The notes under the pieces: generated by a model | The model's database searches: none | Told to the model about the DNA's origin: nothing | The model's input: the letters and a program-made list of their open reading frames with translations, nothing else | Program-made: the position numbers and the translations under genes | Shown here: positions 1 through 11,200 of the stretch, in pieces | Position numbering within the stretch: position 1 is the first letter of the stretch | Layout of the letters: every line of letters starts with the position of its first letter | Virus record (IMG/VR): IMGVR_UViG_3300023218_000040 | Coordinates: 96,001 to 160,000 of that record | Length of the DNA stretch: 64,000 bases | Source: a virus | Taxonomy: Duplodnaviria > Caudoviricetes | Reading direction: 5' to 3' (one strand)

Positions 1-1
1 C

Positions 2-3000
2 GATAATGCATTCAACGTGTTCTATCAGACCGATGGCCGAGGTCTAAGTTCAACAGGAACCGGCTTCTTCTTCCAGTTGAGGGAAGGTTCGCTTCAGTTC
101 CAGGAAAGAGAGTTTGTAGACTCGGAGGCTGTGCGTATTGTAGATCTTGAGGTTCCTAATACTAACAACGATGATTTCTTTGTCCAAGAGCTTGACGCTC
201 AGGGCAATATCGAAGATACGTGGCAGAAGGTAGACACTGTGTTCGGTGAGAGCGTGTCATTCCTTCCCACTGACAGAACAGACCTGATTGGTCGAAGCGG
301 AAACCAGTCTGAAGGTGACGCTAGGAAGGTCTATGAGCTAGACACGCTGGAAAATGACAGAGTGCGTGTGCGATTTGGTGATGGTACATTCGGTGAAATT
401 CCACTAGGCCGCTTACGCTTCTGGTTCCGTACCTCGAATCCAGAGCCCCAGGTTGTCACTCCAAGTGATGTAGGCCGTCAAAGCTTTACGCTCCCGTATG
501 TGGTGAATGGAGTGGTCTTCTTCCTGACCATGACAGTTCAGTTGAGGGAAACAATCACAAACGCCGCATCATCCGAAACGAACTTCAGCATTCGAACTCG
601 TGCTAATCAGGTCTACTTTGCACAAAACCGTATGATCACGGGTAGAGACTACAACGGTTTCTTCCTCCGTGACAACGCTATTCGTAAGGTCAAGACAGTC
701 AATCGAACATTCTCCGGTCAATCACGATACGCCAAACTACATGATCCGACCGGCCTTTATGAAAACCTGAAGGTGACAGCCGAAGACGGTCGTCTGTACC
801 AGGAGAGAACTAGGGGAGAACGGTTAGTTTCTGCTGACACGGATATCCTTCGTAACTCTTTGCTCATTCAGAATACACTTCAGCCGATTTTGAATGGTGC
901 TGACAAAGAGCAATTGTATTTCAACGATTACCCAGAGACCTTCTTCACTCAAAATGTATTCTGGAATGAAACTTCTATTATATTGGAGCAATCCCGTGGT
1001 AACTTGGATGTAGCTAGTATACCGGTGAAGGTAGGCGAAGCTGGAACTGTTCCATTCGATTTTGTTCTTCAGGATTCGGTCTTGAGAATGAACAGCCCTC
1101 GTGGTTCAGTAGTGCGTGTAGAACGAATCATCGATGATGGTGACATCACCGATGGCATAATCCTTGAGAGGGTGATCCCGGATGGTGTCAAGGTAGTATC
1201 GGTATTTCCACCATTCCGAACCAGACTCACGGAAAGCGAAATAGTAGAGATCGAGCAACAGCTTGATCTTAACCTGGACTTCGGTTTGTCCTGGCACCAG
1301 GATACTCAGACCTGGGAAGTCATCACGTTTGACAATCTAGACAAGCAGGAAGACGGGGCGATGTTTTGTCTTGATTTCCAGGGTGACACGAGCGGTACAA
1401 ACAAGGACGCCTCGTGGATGGTACAATTCGAATTCGTTCCTGGTGGGGATGAAGAAGACCAGTGGTTGATTGTGGACCGTGGTTTGGGTCTATTCTTTGA
1501 GTCTGCTCGTGAAAATGATTTCTACTTTGCCAACACTGAGCCTGTTGTTGACCCGGAAACCGGCCGTGTAGAGAACGACCGAATTGTATTGATGGAGTGT
1601 AACGAGTCTCGTGACAGCTTGCGCCGACGTTGTATCTTCAACGTTGATTTATCTCGTCTTTTGGAATGCGATGTGTTCTGTTATGAGTTTGCCGGTGATG
1701 GAACAACAAGAATGTTTACCACTTCTGAGACCCCGCTAAGCCCAAGTTCGATTGTGATCGTGGATGGTGCTCTTCAGATCTTGGGAGCAGACTACATGAT
1801 TTCATTCAAAGTATCTGGTGACTCTATTGTGTTCACTAATCCACCAGCGGATGGAGCCAAAATCTTGGTTTGTATTTCAAGGAATGAAGCTTTGAAGAGC
1901 ACGGCAACGCAAGTCATTCAGTCTAGTACATTGACCGACACATTCGATCTTGGATATGACACGGTTCGTGACAGAAACGTTTTGCTATGGCAGGATGGTG
2001 TCATGCAGCGTTTGGGTTCCGACTATACAGTTGGTCCACATCCGATTACCGGTAACGCCTCTGTAATTCTGAACACTCCATTGGCCGGAAGCACTATCAC
2101 TGCTTATTTCTTGCCTGAAATTGGAAACAACGCATTGGACTCGTTTAATTACCTGGGTGATGGTGTTAGGACTGAGTACAATATCCCGGTTGGAGATCAG
2201 ACAACTGATAGCGTACTGATTAGCATTGACGGTGTAACTCAAGCCCCAAGCACATATTCCTTGAGTCCTCTTGATACTTCTACTACAACGATCACTTTCA
2301 TTACGCCACCAGCAGCCGACACTTTCATTCATGTTGTTGCCGGTAATCCAGCAGAGTTTGTTAAGACAAACACGTATGACTTTGGTATTATGGATGGCAT
2401 TGTTAGGTCATTTGATTTGTCCAACCAAACTTCTGCACGAGCAGCAGGACTAATCGTATTTCTTGATGGTGTGTGTCAGAGTGGTCCCACCCCGCAGTTC
2501 ACTAGTGGACCAGCAGTATGGAACTTAAGTGGACCAACAACCCTGTCCTTCTCTGTGCCACCACCGGCTGGCACAAACCTAGTGGTGTTCTCTATTCAGG
2601 GTGCAGCAGGCAACGATTCAAACGTATCACAGACATTATCGGGGCTGGGTCTTAACGATGTTCCTGGTGATGCCTGTTTTGATATTGCTAATCCGGATGA
2701 TCCAGGCAATATTGGAAACGTATCGACTAGCTCGATTCTGGTTTCTTACCTGGGTCGTGACATTCCGTTCTTCGTGACGGACACGTTGAAGCATCCTGAT
2801 GGTTACGTTAACCCAAACGGACTGGAGATTCGTCCTGCTGATCAGGATAACTCCGGTTTTGCCGACAATCCGTTCATCTTTAAGGATCTGGTAATTCAGG
2901 ATGGTTTTACAGACTTAGTGTTATGGAGAAAGATCGAACAGTTCGGATTCACCGTTTTCGATCCCATCAATGTTCAGACATCCCCACGTGGAACATATGG

Positions 3001-3841
3001 CCGTTCTGATCAGGGTGACGTTAGTGTTGGTACGGTTGCCGACGACAGTGATGCAGCCAAGCCAAAGCGTGCCAAGAATCTTGGACCTGTTTTAGATGGA
3101 GATATCCACTATGATATCGCTACGGACACATGGTTGGTTGCCAATGTCAATACGACCGAAACTTGGGATGCAGCACCAGATCAAACTTTGTTCCGATACG
3201 AGGTAGGACGTGACAATCTAAAGTTCATGTGGTTGCATTTTGCTCCAGATGCTTTCCGTATTGACCCATCGGTATCGAACATCATGGATGCATATTTATT
3301 GACCACTGCGTTTGATGATACGTTCCGAACGGCATTGAATAACAACACTCCAGCAGAAGATCTACCTTTGGCTCCAACTCCAGAAGAACTACGTTTGCAG
3401 TTTGCTGGCTTTGATGACTTTAAGGCCATGTCTGATGCCATTATCTATCATCCATCACGATATAAGGTTTTATTCGGTGAGCAAGCTATCATTGAGTTAC
3501 AGGCGACTTTCAAGGTTGTTCAGGCCGATGGATCTCTACTGAGCGACAACGATTTGCGTCTTCGTATCCTTGAGACTATCAACATTTTCTTCGAGGTAGA
3601 CAATTGGGACTTCGGTGAAACTTTCTACTTGACCGAATTGCTTTCGTTCATTCACCAGGAGTTGGCACCTAACATTCAAACAATCGTGGCTGTACCAAAG
3701 GACTCTACGGAGACCTTTGGTCGATTGTTCCAGATCCGTGCTGAGCCAGATGAGCTATTTATCTCTTCTGCCAGTGCCACGGATATCGAAATCGTGAATT
3801 CTCTAACCGATGAAGAACTGAGAATCGGGGTAGTAGCGTGA
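2..3841 (+). CDS. Baseplate wedge subunit (T4 gp6-like, jumbo-phage type), 5'-truncated by the window
   Basis: Frame is open from base 2 (ORF track starts at GTG 17). Contains RVRFGDGTFGEIP and RMITGRDY motifs typical of gp6/baseplate-J-like wedge proteins, a C-terminal WDFGETFYLTELLSFIH segment and four internal beta-rich repeats. Confidence 0.75.
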   Translation, partial: DNAFNVFYQTDGRGLSSTGTGFFFQLREGSLQFQEREFVDSEAVRIVDLEVPNTNNDDFFVQELDAQGNIEDTWQKVDTVFGESVSFLPTDRTDLIGRSGNQSEGDARKVYELDTLENDRVRVRFGDGTFGEIPLGRLRFWFRTSNPEPQVVTPSDVGRQSFTLPYVVNGVVFFLTMTVQLRETITNAASSETNFSIRTRANQVYFAQNRMITGRDYNGFFLRDNAIRKVKTVNRTFSGQSRYAKLHDPTGLYENLKVTAEDGRLYQERTRGERLVSADTDILRNSLLIQNTLQPILNGADKEQLYFNDYPETFFTQNVFWNETSIILEQSRGNLDVASIPVKVGEAGTVPFDFVLQDSVLRMNSPRGSVVRVERIIDDGDITDGIILERVIPDGVKVVSVFPPFRTRLTESEIVEIEQQLDLNLDFGLSWHQDTQTWEVITFDNLDKQEDGAMFCLDFQGDTSGTNKDASWMVQFEFVPGGDEEDQWLIVDRGLGLFFESARENDFYFANTEPVVDPETGRVENDRIVLMECNESRDSLRRRCIFNVDLSRLLECDVFCYEFAGDGTTRMFTTSETPLSPSSIVIVDGALQILGADYMISFKVSGDSIVFTNPPADGAKILVCISRNEALKSTATQVIQSSTLTDTFDLGYDTVRDRNVLLWQDGVMQRLGSDYTVGPHPITGNASVILNTPLAGSTITAYFLPEIGNNALDSFNYLGDGVRTEYNIPVGDQTTDSVLISIDGVTQAPSTYSLSPLDTSTTTITFITPPAADTFIHVVAGNPAEFVKTNTYDFGIMDGIVRSFDLSNQTSARAAGLIVFLDGVCQSGPTPQFTSGPAVWNLSGPTTLSFSVPPPAGTNLVVFSIQGAAGNDSNVSQTLSGLGLNDVPGDACFDIANPDDPGNIGNVSTSSILVSYLGRDIPFFVTDTLKHPDGYVNPNGLEIRPADQDNSGFADNPFIFKDLVIQDGFTDLVLWRKIEQFGFTVFDPINVQTSPRGTYGRSDQGDVSVGTVADDSDAAKPKRAKNLGPVLDGDIHYDIATDTWLVANVNTTETWDAAPDQTLFRYEVGRDNLKFMWLHFAPDAFRIDPSVSNIMDAYLLTTAFDDTFRTALNNNTPAEDLPLAPTPEELRLQFAGFDDFKAMSDAIIYHPSRYKVLFGEQAIIELQATFKVVQADGSLLSDNDLRLRILETINIFFEVDNWDFGETFYLTELLSFIHQELAPNIQTIVAVPKDSTETFGRLFQIRAEPDELFISSASATDIEIVNSLTDEELRIGVVA
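1688..2600 (+). repeat. Four degenerate ~75-aa repeat modules in the baseplate protein (GDG..T.F / DG..Q..G.DY pattern)
   Basis: FAGDGTTRMF..VDGALQILGADY; ..QDGVMQRLGSDY; YLGDGVRTEY..IDGVTQAPSTY; MDGIVRSF..LDGVCQ. Similar modules occur in 18336-19937 and near the end of 5232-15512. Confidence 0.6.
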
Positions 3842-4050
3842 TAGAATCTCCTTGTATTCGGGTGTGTCAAATACACCCGGAGCGTAAGCAATGCATGGGC
3901 TGTTATCGAACTCTAGAAGAAATCGCAGAGTGGGAAACCTTAACTGAAGAACAGCAGTCCAAGATCATCGAGGCTACGGAAGAGCGTCGGGTGGCTAGGA
4001 AGAAAGAGCTTCATCAGTTTGTGAAGGCCAGGAGGAACCGAAAGTCTTGA
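3838..4050 (+). CDS. DUF1289-family small Cys-rich protein
   Basis: SPCIRVCQI...CMGCYRTLEEIAEW is the DUF1289 signature. GTGA overlap with the upstream stop. Confidence 0.85.
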   Translation: MIESPCIRVCQIHPERKQCMGCYRTLEEIAEWETLTEEQQSKIIEATEERRVARKKELHQFVKARRNRKS

Positions 4051-4075
4051 CTTATGTTAACAATTGTGGTATCAT
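4047..4075 (+). promoter_or_regulatory. sigma70-type promoter TTGACT-N17-TATCAT with extended -10 TG
   Basis: TTGACT 4047-4052, 17-bp spacer, TATCAT 4070-4075, just upstream of ATG 4082. Confidence 0.7.
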
Positions 4076-4081
4076 CTTCGG

Positions 4082-4882
4082 ATGACTATTACTCCTAAAA
4101 TTGGATTTGAGGCCGAATATATTCATGTCGGTCTCAACACGGATGACTTAACAGCACCGCAAACCTTGCTTGAGTGTTCTATCCCCAATTGCTGGGTTGA
4201 ATCCTTAACGATGTTCGACCATCCGGACTTCGAGAAAGACGCATGGTATCTATGCCATGACTCCAGTATCAACGAGGAGTTCGGTGCAGGAGTTGAAATT
4301 GTATCGCCGCCCATGCACCCAGACGAGTTGAGGCTTCGAATTCCTCAAATCTGTAAACACATACGAGACTATGGCATTACCGATGAATCCTGTGGTTTCC
4401 ATTTCACTGTATCGTGCTTGGGTCTTGATAAGATTGATCCTTTGAAGCTCTTGTTCCTGATGGATGAAGAGGCTCTGGTGGATGTGTGGGGTCGTGGCAA
4501 TAATTCTTATGCTGTGCCTCATCTTGAGGTACTGGAGTCGGTTCTTCGGACCAATCTGTTGTACACGGACTTCAATCGTTTTCTGGAGCACGGTGAGAAG
4601 GAACTAATCTTTAACAAGCGCTCCACGGTGAACCTGGAGAAGTGGATAAAAAAGGGTTTGCTTGAGTTTCGGGTTGCTGGTGGTCCGCATTACGAACATC
4701 GTGAACTTGAGCTTATGAAGACGGTGTACGTGTGCCTGGATTCCATCCGCATGTGCATCGATGGGGCAGGCGAAGAATTGTTTCTTGAGCGTGTCAGAGC
4801 CTTTTACGATAAACATACAGCAGTAAGGCATCCAGCGGCACGCTTTCGTGAACCACGCAATCATACGTCGAAACAGCGATAA
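4082..4882 (+). CDS. Putative amidoligase (Amidoligase_2, COOH-NH2 ligase type)
   Basis: IGFEAEY, HDSSI, GVEIVSP, SCGFHFTV and NL...LEFRVAGG motifs. Start moved to ATG 4082 because the promoter overlaps the ORF-track start. Confidence 0.75.
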   Translation: MTITPKIGFEAEYIHVGLNTDDLTAPQTLLECSIPNCWVESLTMFDHPDFEKDAWYLCHDSSINEEFGAGVEIVSPPMHPDELRLRIPQICKHIRDYGITDESCGFHFTVSCLGLDKIDPLKLLFLMDEEALVDVWGRGNNSYAVPHLEVLESVLRTNLLYTDFNRFLEHGEKELIFNKRSTVNLEKWIKKGLLEFRVAGGPHYEHRELELMKTVYVCLDSIRMCIDGAGEELFLERVRAFYDKHTAVRHPAARFREPRNHTSKQR

Positions 4883-5135
4883 CCACACAATCGCCCTAGT
4901 TCGTTTGCACAAGCCTCTCATCGGCAAGTTCGGTGTTGGTTTCTCTATGCGTGGTCAATTCGTACTCCTGGGGATTATTCACAATCGCCCTAGAATAGCA
5001 ACCATCCCCAAACCGTTCTTCCGTAGATTGTTCGGTCATATTCCTGATGCTTCTGGGTATCACATCGAGACCATAGAGGAGATGGAATTCGATATGTCTC
5101 AGGCAATGTTGGGTCTGCCTATCATTCGCATGTAA
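4848..5135 (+). CDS. Hypothetical protein
   Basis: 95-aa ORF in the same orientation as its neighbours, filling the gap between the amidoligase and the next late promoter. Confidence 0.45.
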   Translation: MNHAIIRRNSDNHTIALVRLHKPLIGKFGVGFSMRGQFVLLGIIHNRPRIATIPKPFFRRLFGHIPDASGYHIETIEEMEFDMSQAMLGLPIIRM

Positions 5136-5198
5136 GCGTGGATTTTTTCCTGGTGAAGACCTACATTGCTCTTGTCGTTTTGTTAGCTCTCGTAAGGG

Positions 5199-5204
5199 TA
5201 AATA
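5199..5204 (+). promoter_or_regulatory. T4-late-like promoter core TAAATA
   Basis: TAAATA 27 nt upstream of the ATG of the 3426-aa structural gene. The same hexamer recurs before other structural genes. Confidence 0.5.
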
Positions 5205-5231
5205 ACACGACGCATCGGGGTCCGGACATAT

Positions 5232-8200
5232 ATGGCCAAACAACGCAGAGTTTTTAACAATTATCCAGAAAGCCTTCGCACTAGGCAGAACAATCGTGAG
5301 ACGTTCATTGCGGACGATCCCCTGTTCGAGCCAGAGCAAGCTAATTTCCTGAATGGATTTATCGGTGATGTCAGCGTCCTGACGGACGAGGATTTGGCAC
5401 GCAAGCCCGTTGTTCTAGAAATGACTCCCGAGCGTCAGAAGTATCAGCTTTCTGTGGGCGCTAACTTCATCGATCCTGATAGTCAAGAGCGAGTCTCTGC
5501 GGCTTTCTACACGGACATGATAAACCAAATTGAGGCCAATGGTGGATTCGTTGATGATCCGAATCGAGTTTTTGCCACCAATTTTTATGCTTGGACCCCA
5601 CCGATTGACTACGACAAGCATATTAATTTCAGTCGATATCGTTGGGTTGGTGTTGGTTCCGCAGATGTGCAAGGTGAGTTCATAACCATTGAACCGTCTC
5701 ATTCGAAGACAGTTATCTACGAATGGGATGGCTCCAATATGCAGCAGAGGAACGTTAGCATTGTTAACGGACTTCCACCAATTGAACCCGACGGAACATT
5801 CGTTGAAGATGCTAGCGTGGCTGAGAGGTTTATCTATCGTTCTAACGGCGTTATTTGGGTTCTATTGAATCTGGACATGGTACCCGTTATTCCGACTCAG
5901 ACTGCAACACTAGATATCCCCTCATACTTCTATGTGACTCGAACTGGTCCTGAATTTAACCGACCATTGGTATGGAAGTACAGCGGTGATGCCGGTCGTT
6001 GGATTCCGCAGCCAGTCATTGTTTCTAGTGAAGAACCAGAAACCATTCGTGATGGTATGGTTTGGGAAGATGTTCGAGTAGGATCTGAGAGAGTTCTGAA
6101 GGTTGCGGCTAATGGAGCATTCTCCGATTTGATATACACGGCTTCTGATGGCCCCCCAGGAGCCCCTGGTACAGATGGTGAGTACATTTATGACACCCGA
6201 AATTTCTCCGATCTAGACCCAAACAGTTGGGAAGCAAACAACTGGTGGAGGCACCACGAGGACTTGTCTCCAGAAGATGCCGCACGAGCAGGAGAAGATC
6301 AAGCCACACGACCAATCATCGAGTTCTGGAACGGACTAGAACAGGTTGTTGGTGATGTTCGTGATGGGAGGAATGACTCTCCTGTTTTCAAGAAGTTCGC
6401 TTATGATGTGGGAATCGATACTATCATTGATACTGGAGAGGGGACAACCATCTTCGAGTACCAACGTGGTTCTGGACGAGATGATTTCGTTCTTGGTTTT
6501 CCGTTGGTGTTCAATGACACCGGAGAGTTCATATTCGAGCTTACTCTGGAAACCGATACGTCTTCATTTATTGGATACAAGTATTTCTTGGATACCAATA
6601 CCAATGTAACACACGGCATTTGGTTCAAGTCGGATGTGTTGACCAACCAAGAACAGGATGTCAATGGCATCTACGAAATACCTGTTGGTATTTCATCGAA
6701 TCCAGATCATGACATTTTGACTGCTCCATCGAGAAGCAGAATGCTTGGTCACATGACCAGCATTATGAAGGCTCAGTCAACTTTCAGTGGAAGCGAGTTC
6801 GGACTGAATTCATATCGTTGGACCAATAGAAATCCTACGATTGGTTCTACTATCATTGATGCTGAGCAGACTCACTTGAGAACTCTTGCTACTCTCCAGC
6901 GAACTTCTCTGGATGTCCCCAATTCCATTCGAACTATGGCAAAGGAATACAACAAGGTTCTGTTTCGCTTCACTAATCGACTGAATCAGTATTGGAATGA
7001 ACTGCGTTTTAACACAGGTTCCGGAACACTAACAGTTACTGCCGCAGAAGCAGTTGACGGGATTCTTACATCCATGTTCATTGGTAGAAACGAGGACTTC
7101 CCATTCTATCTGTCTGATATGGGAACATACCTGGAGACAACGATTGAGGCTGGTGTTCCTACTGTTATCAACCCAGACCCAAGACCAATCTTCATCGCAC
7201 CGTCTGCGGCACGTGTAGGAGCATCCCCGTGTTTCGTACCAGATACCTTCGAGGATCGAGATGGCGTAACCAGACTTCGTGGTCACGAGGGAATGATTGT
7301 TCCATCATTTGGCGACGAAAGAGATTTGGTATGGCTGGAGCTACAAAATCGATTCTTTGCTTCTGTTCCTACCCGGAAGTGTTCCGAGACTAGTTCTTTC
7401 TCTTCTAGGTTCTCACGATCCAACTTCTTCCTACAGGACTTCTATGGAAACTTTGTTCCAAACACTAGTACCGATCCGGTTGATGACGTAGTGACTGATT
7501 ACAATGCTATTGTGGGACCGGCTGATGGTCTACGAGTATTCTCAGCCATTCAGGCTGTGATCGCAGTATTCAGCGGTGGTCAGTGGCTTCTCAGAGAGGC
7601 ACTGACAGATGAAGTGTTTCTTAATCTGAATGATAACGAATACTACATCTTCAACGGTCAAAGTGTCAATTTGATTGACCGTTGGAATAATCCGTTTGAT
7701 TTTGACTACACAACGAACGAGTTCAGAGAGATCGTTCGACGGGACTTCGAACGATTCATTCTATTCCGTGAGCAAGATTTCTCTGAGAACATTACATTTG
7801 ACGAGCCAGATCGATTCACATGGAACTATCGTTCGGCTGGAGTAGAAGGTCACTATCTCGGCATTTATCGACGCATCTACAATACGGTGCGTCCACACTC
7901 GCACCCATGGGAGGTCATGGGATACTTCATCGAGCCAGATTGGTGGAGGACACAGTATGTACCAGACTCGACGGCGGCTGATGGAACTCCTCGGTACGGT
8001 AGTGCTCATTCTATGTGGGCAGATTTTGCTGCTGGTGTGGTCGATCATCCAAGTGGTCCTATTCAGCGTGATAAGTTTGTTATTACTGCTCCTGTACCCG
8101 TGGATGCAAGTGGCAATCTTCTTGATCCTATAGCTGCTGGCGTAGTAGATGAGTCCAAGGTAGACAAAGAACGCATTGATGATATCTGGGTGTATGGTGA

Positions 8201-11200
8201 TGGTGCTCCAGAAGAACAGAAGTTTTTAGATTCTCCATTTAACTCATTTTCAGTGTCGCTAGCTGGATACCTGATGAAGAACGGTATTTGGATGGATACG
8301 CTTTGGTCCGAAATCTACATTGGTATAGGAGAAGGACAGGTGTTTCGTGCTCCACATGTTATCAACCAAACAACGCTTACCAGACCAGCCATTTCTATCC
8401 TTCCGGTCCACTTGGAGACAGACAGTGATGGAAATCGAGTTCAGAGCATTGGTGTGAATGCCTGGATTTCAGAATTTGTGAACATCAACGGTGGAAGTCC
8501 TAACACTGACTTCAGTAGGGTGGTTCGTAATACTTCCCCGGCATTGAGTTGGAAGACCTCTGGTTTCATCAATAAAAATCGAACTGTGATCTCTACTCTT
8601 TCACGTAACGAGATCCCATTCACTGACGTGCATGTATTGCTTCACAAGTCACAACCAATCAAGAGTACATTCTGTTCTGGTGTGCTGATTACCAGGGAAT
8701 CACCAAACGGATTCCGTGTGTTTGGATTTGATCAGTTCGATCCATTCTTCACGGTAGAAAGACCAGCGGTACCCATTGTGGGTGGGCAGGTAATTCTGAC
8801 CGAGGAATTCACAGTAGACTTCATCGATAACAGTGACCCAACAATTACTGGAGGATCTGTATACCCTAATCAGACTCTTCAGAGAACTTTTGAAGTTACG
8901 GAATTCAGTCTTCCAAGAAGTGGCACCGCATTAGATACCGCTCGACTATCGGTGATCATAAACGGACTGCGCATCAAGCCTCAGTTCCTTGAAGTAGATC
9001 CGGATGCGAACACGGTTACTGTTGATGAGATAATAGAATTGCAAGAAGGCGATGAAGTATCCGTGCAGGTAGTCACTACGCAGTCTAATCCAAGCACACA
9101 AACCCGTCAATTCATCGTGAATGACGTTGCTTTTCCATACTTTGTTACCGGAACTGGAGAGTTTGAGCGTATTGAATATGGACGTTTCTTCGAGACGGCA
9201 ACCGAAGTCATTAACTTCATGATTGGATATGGCCGTTTCTTAGTGAGCGAGGGGTGGGTATTTGACGACATCTCAGAAGCGGGTTCCACTCGTGACTGGC
9301 TGTTGGGCGCACAGCGATTTGCTCGTTGGGTACTAGAAGTACAGACTCCGTGGAATCCGAACCCACAGCTTGATGTGCTTGACGAAGATCTTTTCTTCTA
9401 CAGCCCAATTCAGAACAACGCCAAGTTCGTTTCCGAGTTTGGACAAGGGCAAAACATTGAAAGCATAATGAACGGAGCGTTTGGTATCGTTAACAGACGT
9501 TCGGAGCCAATTGAGACCGATCAGACCTTCGTATCCAGAATTGATGATGAAGTCACCGTAGCCCGAGTGGACACATCGAATACCGATTCAGAAATTTATG
9601 GACTGCGTGTCAACTTGAACGAGGTTGAGCATGTCGTGCTATTTTCCAACATCACCCGTTTCAACGATATAGTTTATGATCCAGTGAGTGGGCTTGCACA
9701 GAGTACATTGATTGTTGATAGCTATCGCACGTTGAATTGGGAAGGTCGTGCCGAGGCTAATGGTTACATCATTGATGGTGGTACTTTGTTGCCTAATTTC
9801 GAGAAGCAAGCATTTGATATCACTCGTCTGTATGATCGATTCAGAACGGTTGATAATGTGACGAAGAGAGAGCAAGCTAGAAACTTGTATGGTTTCGTTC
9901 CGGCTAATCAGTCCCGTTTCAACGATCCAACTAAAAGCTTGAGAGAACGTGTAACTTCTGATAGTTCACAGTATATGATTCCTATTGGTGCTGCTGATCG
10001 ATCTCGTTTCGATTTCTCTCGTGGTATGATTCAGGCTAATGGCACAGTTCGTCCTATCTTTGCGTTCGCACGTGGGTCCACTATTGGTCGTGACAACTTT
10101 TTCATCTCAGAGGATTGGGCATGGAAGCTACAGGAGTACGGTGACACCAGACGACAGACAGTTCAAATTAAGGTAGACAAGTCCGACTTCCGTGACGAAG
10201 TGCAAACCATTCAGTTTGGTGGACCTGTGGTTGTGACAAACAACACAATCGAGGTTCCCGACTTCAATCGTAATGATTTGGAAGCTGATGGTGACCGTTG
10301 GATTCTACCACCAGAAGCGTGTGAATTTGGAAGCCCTTGTAATCTAAAGTTCCCAATAGACAGAAATACAGGTTTAATTGATGTTAATCACTATGCGTAC
10401 TACGCAACGCTGTATGATACGGAAAGTGACATCTCCATCATTGACCACTTCCATTATGATCCTGAGATTGATCGATTTGAACCTTCGGCACGCTCGTTGA
10501 TTGATTACGAGACGCCTCTTGATCCAGCACGATACAATACCATCCCTGCTCGTCCAGAGACTACGTTTATTGACATGACAATGGTCAATGGCTCTACACT
10601 AACTATCAACCAGGATGGTGATTACTTCGATATTAGTTCCACAACTGCGAGATATCGATTCTGGTTCAGTGTGTCAAACGTAGAAACCACAAATGTGATC
10701 ACCCCGGCTGGTTCTACGTTTGCCGTTGATACTACTCCTGGTGGTGGAACGGTTGCTGGACAGGTATGGACACTGAATGAAGCACCAACCGATGATCCAC
10801 ACCATGTGTGGTACAGTGTCGAAGATAGCGAAGTATCATCTGTTACTTTCACGGGCGTGAGCGGTAGTGACTTCACAGTACCTCATTTGATCGAGACCCA
10901 GACTGAAGCTGACTACAATGGCGTGGGTCAGAATGGAATATTCGAAGGCGGAAGCGGATACGCAGTAGCAGACACCATCACTCTATCCGATGGTTCTGTT
11001 TTAACTGTGGACTCCGAGACTGCTGGTGTGATTGATGGGTTCACTGTAACCACCACTGGAAGCATTTCTATTCCATTGTCTGGTTCTCAGTTGACTCAGA
11101 CTTCTACCTCCGGTTCAGGCACAGGATTCACTCTTACGCCACGTGGAAACAACATCCTAATCGTTGGTGATTTCTTCACAGTGGGCGTACCTGGTGGTTT

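Noticed and set aside
4896-5339. 147-aa minus-strand ORF
   Set aside because: It overlaps the start of the giant structural gene and its promoter motif; the plus-strand 4848 ORF fits better.
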